Source: Candidatus Komeilibacteria bacterium RIFOXYD1_FULL_37_29 (lineage in GTDB: Bacteria > Patescibacteriota > Patescibacteriia > UBA1558 > GWA2-36-10). Taken from it: a stretch of 64,000 bases of DNA. Below, piece after piece: positions 1 to 9,000 of this stretch (positions within the stretch are counted from its first letter, which is position 1; every line of letters starts with the position of its first letter). The notes under the pieces are model-generated. The model worked only from the letters and a program-made list of their open reading frames with translations. It had not been told where the DNA came from and ran no database searches. The position numbers were made by a program, and so were the translations under genes. The stretch covers positions 250,038 to 314,037 of the forward strand of contig MHKS01000005.1 in the NCBI GenBank assembly GCA_001818495.1, in the 5' to 3' direction.

Positions 1-1
1 A

Positions 2-3000
2 GCAACTATCTTTGCTGATAAAGTTTTTGCTCAAGAAGAATTTGGCATCAATGATTTAGCTGATGCTGGGATAGCCTTGGGCACCAGGTCGATTCAAGAG
101 ACCATTGCCGGAATTGTCAATGTATTTTTGGGATTTTTGGGGATACTGGCCACCTTGCTTATTTTGTACGCGGGCTATCTTTGGATGACATCTGCCGGTA
201 ATGCTGAAAAAGTAGCCAAAGCCAAATTATTAATAGCCAGTGCTGTTATTGGCTTGGTGATTATATTGTCGGCTTATGCTATTTCTAGATTTATATTGAG
301 TAGATTATATGAAGAGGCTGGACCAACTGGTCCGGGTGGTGATCCAGGACCTGGTCCGGGTGGATTACCCACTTGTGATGAGCCATTCAATTTAGAAGAT
401 CCTTTGGTCTGCTCTTTAAGTAGAGGTAGTGGACCAGTCGGCAGTGGTTTGACTATCCGCGGTTGGCATTTTGATACTGATAGTGATGGTAATCCTGGCG
501 TTGGTCGAGTAGAAATTGGTGGCGTGGTGGCTGAAGTAGTGGAGTGCGCCGGTTCAGCTATGTGGGATGATAGGCGAGTCAAGGTAAAAATTCCCGATGT
601 TTTAGATCCAGGAAATTATGAAGTTATTTTATATAATGATTTTGTACCAGGTTTAGCCAGTGTAGAAAATCCACATTTTGATTTTACGGTTCTGCCTGGA
701 GTAGCCTCTGTCAATATAGATTGTCTGGTGCCAGATGAAGAAGCTGTTTCAAACCTACCAATTAATGTTCAGATTTTAGGTAATGGTTTTACCGATACTC
801 AAGATAATGTATCTATGACCGCTTGGGTAGCGGGAGCAGAAACGCCAATTGATTTAGCTATTAATTCTTGGTCAGATTTGGAAATCAATGTGGCTGTGCC
901 AGTTGATGCTTTATCTAGTGATATAGTGGTTAGTGTGGGAGCTAGCTTTGACCAAGAATTTTTTAATGTTACTTGCGCTAATGATCCGGAGTGTTCTTCT
1001 GGCTGTTGTAGTGATAATTCTTGCGTTGATTTAGCGATTTGCCAAGGAGCTGATATCCCTGGAGCCAATGCCCCGGTCATACAATCCATATCTCCAGAAG
1101 ATGGAGAAGAAGGAAGTCTCGTTACTATTTTTGGTTATAATTTTGGTAATGACCCGGGGGCAGTTACTTTTGAAGGAGCCCCAGGAGATTTGCCATCGGT
1201 TTTAAGTGGTGGCGTTTGTATTGATGTTTGGACCAATGAATATATTGTGATGGGAGTACCAGCCGGAGCCAACGGAGTTTTAAATGTCGTAATTACTCAA
1301 GCAGCCGGGGCCGGAGGAGAAAGTAGCGATCCTTATCCTGGTTTTGATCGAAATGATATTGTCCGACCAGGTCTTTGTAGTCTTAGCACCGACGAGGGAC
1401 AATACGGCGATGTTTTAGCTATCAGTGGTATAAATTTTGCGGCGACTGACGAAGTTTATTTTGATACAGTCGTTAGTTATGATACCAATATAATTTCAGC
1501 CAACAATGCGACCGCTGAAGTGCCAAATGTAGTTGGTAATCTGGGTGTTAGTTTGCAAACAGTAGCTGATGTGGCTAGTAATTTTTTACCTTTTTCAGCC
1601 TTAGCGATTGGTGGGGGCGGACCAATTATTAGCGAGTTGTCTCCAGACAACGGACCGGTAGATTCTTATGTGACTATTATGGGTTCTAATTTTGGAGATA
1701 ACGTAGGTTTAGTTTTATTTGATCTAGACAATGACCCAGGCAATGGTAATGAAGTACCGGGTAGTTTTGATTTTCCGGTAGTTTGTGGTGATTATTGGTT
1801 TGACAATTATATTATTGTCAAAGTGCCGGCTGGTCCTTGGGTAATTGGTAATGATTATCCAATCAGAGTGCAAAGAAATCCCGACGGTGCTTTGAGTAAT
1901 GATTTTGATTTTACTATTACTGATGTTGAGCCGGGACCACAGATTTGTTCAGTCAGCCCAGACAATGGTCCAATAGGAAATTTGGTAACTATTTCGGGAG
2001 AAAATTTTGGACCAAATTTAGGTAACGTTTTATTTTATAATTCCGTACCAGCCGGAGCTATTGCTAATTGGAGCTCTAATCAGGTTTTTGGAGTAGAGAT
2101 TCCAGTCGGAGCAGTCACTGGCCCTTTGATAGTTAGAGATTCAGCCGGCAATGATAGCAACGGAGTAGCTTTTAGTGTTGGCGCTTGTAGCAATGACTTG
2201 CAATGCGGTGCGGATGTTTGTTGTCCTGGGGAAAATGGTAATTATTGTGCCGCATCCTGCGATATAGTTTTAAATGCTTGTGAATATACCTGGGAAGTTA
2301 GTACCCAAGCGGATCCTTTTGAACTTCATTATAACTATAGTTGTGTTAGTGGTCTTCAATCTCCAACTCCTTGGCCTGATGAGCATGAAGGCGTTGGTGC
2401 CGATGGATTTTTGGCTCCCCAATCATCTCTTGATGCTTTTATTGATACCAATATTTCCGCTTTATTTACTCGCAATGTGGAAGATGTAGATTTTAATACA
2501 AATAATGTAGAGGTGTGGGAGTGTGATGACGGCGCAGTATTTAATCCGGCTACTTGTACGGTTGAAATTTTTGACAATGATGGAATTTTGGAAATTATCA
2601 ATCACAATAGTGACCGAGAAGGTTTTACTTTTAATCCAGCTAATAATTTATTAGCCAATCATTGGTATCAAGTTCGTTTGGGAACATTTAATGCCGAAGT
2701 GGGGGCTGATAGCTGGACACCTGATCCAGTAAATGATGCTTGGCATTTTAAAACTAGGGACAGTGATGTAATGTGCGAGGTTTCTACAGTGGCTGTTACC
2801 CCACAGAGCCCACAGGCCAACATGTATCCTAGTCGAGAAAAGACTTTTACTGCTTCGCCTTTGGCTGATAATTGTAATATCTGCGGTGGAGATTATGATT
2901 GGCAGTGGTCTTTGGGTCCTGACCCAGCGCCGATAGCAGATTATGCTACTATTGTTGGGCCATTTATTAACATGAGTGTTAATCAGGGTTACACTAGGAT

Positions 3001-6000
3001 AGAAGGTGGTCCAATGTCCACACAGTTAGTCACTGATCCAAATCATATTACTTTAATAGCTGAGAATTCTAATTATGGAATATCCGGTGAGTCTTATCCA
3101 ATTATCTTGGCGCCAATTTTAAGAGTAGAAGATAATGTGCCATCTTGTAGTGACTCTTGTACCAATGTAGCAGTCTGGGCAGATTTTAATACAGTGTTGA
3201 GTGGACCATTAAATATAAATGATTTTGCTATCTATCAATGTCTGGATGCTGATTGTAGTGGCTGGGACATTGGTACAAATTATACTAATAATTTAGACTC
3301 TTACGAAGTGCCGGGTGATGGAGTATATCGGGTGGATATTTTGCACGATCCTTTACCAGCCAATGAAAACTATATTGTTATTATTGATGAAACAGTCACC
3401 AATGTTCATGGTTATCCATTGGGATTGGATTATACTTGGGATTTTGGTGTTAGTGATACTAATTGTAGCATCACGGGCGCAGATATTTTGCCAGATAATT
3501 ATACAGCCAACTCTTTAAGCAATATTAATTATCGGGGCTATGCTTTGGCCAATGCTGGCTCTTGCGGTACCCAAGCTATCCAATGTGAAAATTGTCTTTG
3601 GAATTGGAGCAGTAGTAATCCAGCTATCGCTACTATTTTACCAGGCGGAGCAGGAGAACGGACAGTGCCGGCTACGCCAATAGCCAATGGCAATACTAAT
3701 ATAAATTTGGAAATTGATGGTACTCTCTTGGGACTTGGCTCAGCCAACAACAGCACACCTTTGACAGTAGATGTAGCTGGAGCAGATGTAGATTTTACCG
3801 AATTATCCGTTGATAATTATTTCCCCAATTGTGGCGCTTGTACCAATTCTATTGCCGAAGTTTGGTTTAATTCCAATTTGCAATTAGCTACGGTTAATAA
3901 TAATAGCGTCAGAATTTTTGATATTACCGACGGAGTTTATGATAATTCTGGTGTAACAGTTATTGCTAATAGGCATGTGATTTTAGATCATGGGCTATTT
4001 GATTTAGGACATGATTATCGAATTGAAGTAACCGACACAGTTTTAAATAGTAGTAACGATAATATTTTAGGCGGTTGGCAATCGCCAGTGATTACTATTG
4101 AAAATGATGGTTGTCTAGCTGATGCAGCCTGGGTTGATCCAGTGGTGGCTACCGCTGGCGCCAGTGATGCTATAGCTTATCGGGCTGTCACTACGTATGA
4201 TTCTCCAACTTGCGGACCAGCGCCGGTTGATTGTGACAGCTGTACCTTTGATTGGTTAAACAACGCTTTGGGTAGTTTCAATCAAACTGATGTTCAGTAT
4301 CCTATTTTTATGACCTTGGCTAATGTCAATGATGGTGATAGTGCTGTGATGACTTTAAATGTTTGGGAAGGCGCCAACGTTTTGCCAGTCACTGACGGAA
4401 CATTAAATATAGATCTTAGTATTGATGGTGGTAATTCTTTAAATATTATAGATAGTTGGCCGGATTGTGACGGTGCTTGTGATAATTCTCAGGTGGGAGT
4501 CAGGTTTAATACAGCTATAGACGAAACTACTTTGGGCGGTCAATATTCTATCACCGATGTTACCATTGGGGCAGTAGTAACTAGTGGCTATACACTTACC
4601 GGAGGGGACAGAACTTTGATTATAGAACATTTACCTTTGGTTTTGGGTCATGATTATGCGGTGCTGGTTAGTCAGGGCATCGCCAATGTTGATGGTAATT
4701 CTTTGCCAGGGCCGTTTAGTTTTGATTTTACAGTTGGTGAGGCAGAATGTCAGATTACCTCAGTCAATGTTGAGCCGGCTAGTACTACAGCTGTAGCTAG
4801 CCAGGGCATTACTTATAATGTAGAAACTTTGGCCAATACTGTGGCTTGCGGTAATTTGCCAGTTTATTGTGATAGTTGTACTTACAGTTGGTCTGATTTA
4901 CCTGACTTGGGAGCTTTTAATAATGCTACTTTACAAAATCCAATTTTTACCACGTCTCCAGCAGTGGTTAATGGTGATATCATCACTATTGAAGCTGATG
5001 TAGTAGACCAAGGAACTTTGTTTGAAGACAGTGGACAAATAAATATAGTGATTGGTCCAGCAATAAATCCAACGGTTAACTTAATAGGATTTTTCCCGCC
5101 AGATGAAATCTTAATGTGTATCAATGCCGTCCCATATTTCGAATTTGATATTAGTAATGGTGATTTGGATAGGCAGAGTTTGATAGACCAGGCGATTTTC
5201 TTAGAGATAGATGGCACACCAGTTAGTTTTTCAGTGAGATTTTTAGAGTTAAATCCAGGCATTTTATCAGCTATTTACGAGCCAGCTAATGTTTTGGATA
5301 GGGGTACCATTTATTTTTTCGGTTTTATTAACTTAGGACAAGTCAGAGCCGAAGGTGGTGGGCCAGTGGGTGTCAATTTACCAGAACCTTTAAATAATCA
5401 TCTAGGTAATCTCGGCAGATTTTTAATGACCTTAGATGAGGAGTGTCCTATTCAGCATGTAGAAATTTATCCGGCAGCAGATTCTTTTACTTGTATAGAT
5501 AACAATGGTTGTGATGATGATGAGGGGGCTATGATCGGTAACCAGCATTTATACCAGAGTGTAGTCTATGATATTCAAAATAATATACTAGGACAAGCTC
5601 TTTCTACTTATGCTTGGTCCTCTAGTGATAATAATATAGTTGACCCAGAAAGTTTGAATGATCCGGAAATTTTAGGCACAGCTGGGGAAAATGGTATTGC
5701 CCATTTGAATTTAGAAGTTTTCCTAAATACTGATCCAGCTGATGTTTTTAATACTAATAATACAGTGGAGGTAAATACCTGTCAGAATCCTTGGCCAAAT
5801 TTGGCTACTTATCCCTGGAATGACAATACTTTGCCGGATATGAATTTCTCCACTTATTATTGTGAAGAATATGGAATACCAGGCGAAACGATTTTGCCAC
5901 ATATGGATATTCCAAATATTATAAATTCTCCAGATCCCAATGTCATTAGAGAATACATTACTACGATTGAATATCCAATGGCTTTAAATGGGGCTAGTTC

Positions 6001-9000
6001 TTATCTTGGTTCTTTGGCTTATAATGAAAAATCAAACGATGATTCTTGGGCCAAAAAGTTAGTAGCTTTATTTAAACCAGTCAGGGCTAACAGCCAAGGT
6101 AATCCGACAGTTGATATTATCGCTTTTAGAGTCATGAATAATTCAGAGCATCTTTCTATAATCGATTGGTATACCAAAAATGCTCCCAATCCAGAAGGTG
6201 GACAAACTATAACTATCAACGGTTACGAAGCCATGCAAGTCGGCGCTTCAATCTATATAGCGGCCACCAATATTGAAGGTGGAACAATTTATACCAATGT
6301 CTATATAATTGCTCATAATATTGGAGCCAATGCTACGACTTTAGAAATTTATAATCAGTTAGTTGAAAATTTCAAATTAAATGTTAATATTGGTACTACT
6401 TTGGCTGGTACCTGTAATGGTCAGACATCTTTATCGTGTTCTAGTGATTTTGACTGCCCAAATTATTGTGATAATTTTGCTGATAATAATCAGGCCGATT
6501 GTCTAGCCAGTGGCTCAAATTGGCTACCTGATAGTTGTGATGCCTCACTTCTAAAATTGCGTCGGGATACCAAGCGTCTCAGTGATTTGGTTAATATCAA
6601 TGAAGCTGTTTTAGCTTACGGAGAAATGCATAAAGCTTGTGCTAACAACAGCTTGATTTCTTGTCAAAATTCTTCCAATTGTCCGAGCGGGGCAGCTTGT
6701 GTGCCATATTATCCACCTTTAAATTCTGGAACGTATCTAAATGGATCTTCCAATACTCGCTGGCCGTCCTGGCAAGAAACTTTGTCCGGCACTTTGGGCT
6801 ATTCTTTGCCAGAAGATCCAATCAATTTATTTAATGGTTGTAATGATCCTTATAATCCTGAGACTTGTTGGGATGAACAGGCTTTGGAATTTATCTGTCC
6901 AGCCAATTCTTTGGTCTATATGTATAACATCGGGGGCATTGGACAGTCTTACTATTTGGGGGCAAAATTTGAATTTGATATGCAAAATCCTGCCCCGCCA
7001 GTTACTTTTGTTAATAATTTAAATAATCCAGTCACTATGGATTTGGATATCAATACTCCATATTGTGATGCTATTGTGTTAAATCCTCCGGGAGCTTCAG
7101 CTAGCCCCTATTGTGGTAACGGTGTGATTGATAATGATTACTGTACTGAGCCTGTTTATAATAATCAGGCCGCTTGTCTAGCCGCTGGTGCAGATTGGAT
7201 TGTCAGTGAAGAGTGTGATAACGAATTTTGGAGATTTGCTTGTTCAGAGTCTCCGCCAACTGCTAATCCAGCTATACCAACAGTCGGCAACCATGAATGG
7301 TGGAGAGAGCAGACCATTGGTTGTAATCCTCCTGGAACTATCAATAGTACCGGAGAATTGATTGAATGTACTTGGTATAGACCAAGTCCGCCAATTATTG
7401 CCTCTCAATGTGGCGGTTATTGCGGTGATGGAACTCGCCAGCCTTATTATGAAAGATGTGATGGAGGCTTACCAGCTGAACCTTATCATTGTGCTGAGGC
7501 CGGAGTAAACCCATATTGTGCCGATTGTCAGGTGCTTTGTAACAATGGCACAAATATTTATCCAGCTGCTTTATGTGGTGATGGTATTTGGTCACAACCA
7601 ACAGAACAATGTGATCCAACAGCCAACCCAAACGGTAATGCTGGTTGGGATTGTACGGATGGCGGTAACATTGGTTGTAGTAATAGTTGTCAAAGAACTT
7701 GTACAGTAGGTACTCCTTATCCAGGACTTTGTGGTGATGGTTCTTTTAATCCATTAAATGAAGAATGTGATTATTCTAACTACAGTGCACCACTACCAAT
7801 AAATTCTAGCGCCATAGCTAGTTACAGCTGTACTTTATTTTGTGAGATGAATGGTGAATTTTGTGGTGATGGTGTAGCTCAGTATGAATATCAAGAACTA
7901 TGTGATTGGAATGGAGGATCTTATACCAGTCCCACACCATTATTTTCTGATGAATTTCATCAATATGGTTGTCGGGAAAATGGTTTTTATACAGCTTTAA
8001 ATGGAGCAGACTATGGTGCTTGTACAGCTACTTTGGACGGTTGGTGCGGTGACGGTAATATTCAGGACGGTGTAACATTCCCAGATTATGGAGAAGAGTG
8101 TGATCCGGGAGCACCTTGGGATGAAATAGATCAAAACCCTCCACCACCACTGCCGGAAAATAGTAGTATCAACAATCAGTATTCTTGTGATATTGATTGT
8201 GTGGGCAGAATCGGTGGCTATTGTGGCGATAATGCGGCCAATGAACCATTTGAAATTTGTGACGGCTCAGATTATCCAACCAGGCCAATACCATTTTTCT
8301 CTGGACCAAACAATACTTATGCCTGTGATGCTGATTGTAGTGGTGGGGCAGTAGGTGGTGGCTGGTGTGGCGATGGTACCAAAAATAGCAATTATTACGA
8401 AGCCTGTGATTGGGGTATTGAGGGTGCTCAAGATGCAGACAATTATCCATGGCCCCGGGGAGCTAGCTTGAGTAATTTCTCCAGTGAAATGAATCAGTAT
8501 GTTTGTAGCTCCTGTGTAAATTTTGGTGGCTATTGCGGTAACGGTGTAGTGGATGGTGCTTGCACAGTCAATTGTACTGATTGCGATCAAAATAATAATA
8601 ATTGTCAGAGCTCAGTTGGCTGCACTGCCTTTCAGTGTACCTCCAAGAGTGGCACTTTCTTCCCTTATGAGCAGTGCGATAGCGGTTATGACCCGGCCTA
8701 TTTGGTCAATAAAAATGTCGATATTGTTTACATATTTGATACTTCTGGATCTATGAGTGGAGCGGCTGCCCAATTATGTCAATCTACTGCTACAGTAGTT
8801 AACACCTTAAATACTGAGCATCCAGATATAAATTATCGTATTACTATTTTCCCAATGGGCGATGGCGACGGTACAGATGGAGTGGGTTATGAACTGACAG
8901 CTACGGAAACTGATAATATTCAATATTTTTTTGAGTTAGAAAACGGAGAAGGTACTACAGAACCATGGTACGATGAAGTTTTCGATGCCTTGTATTCCAA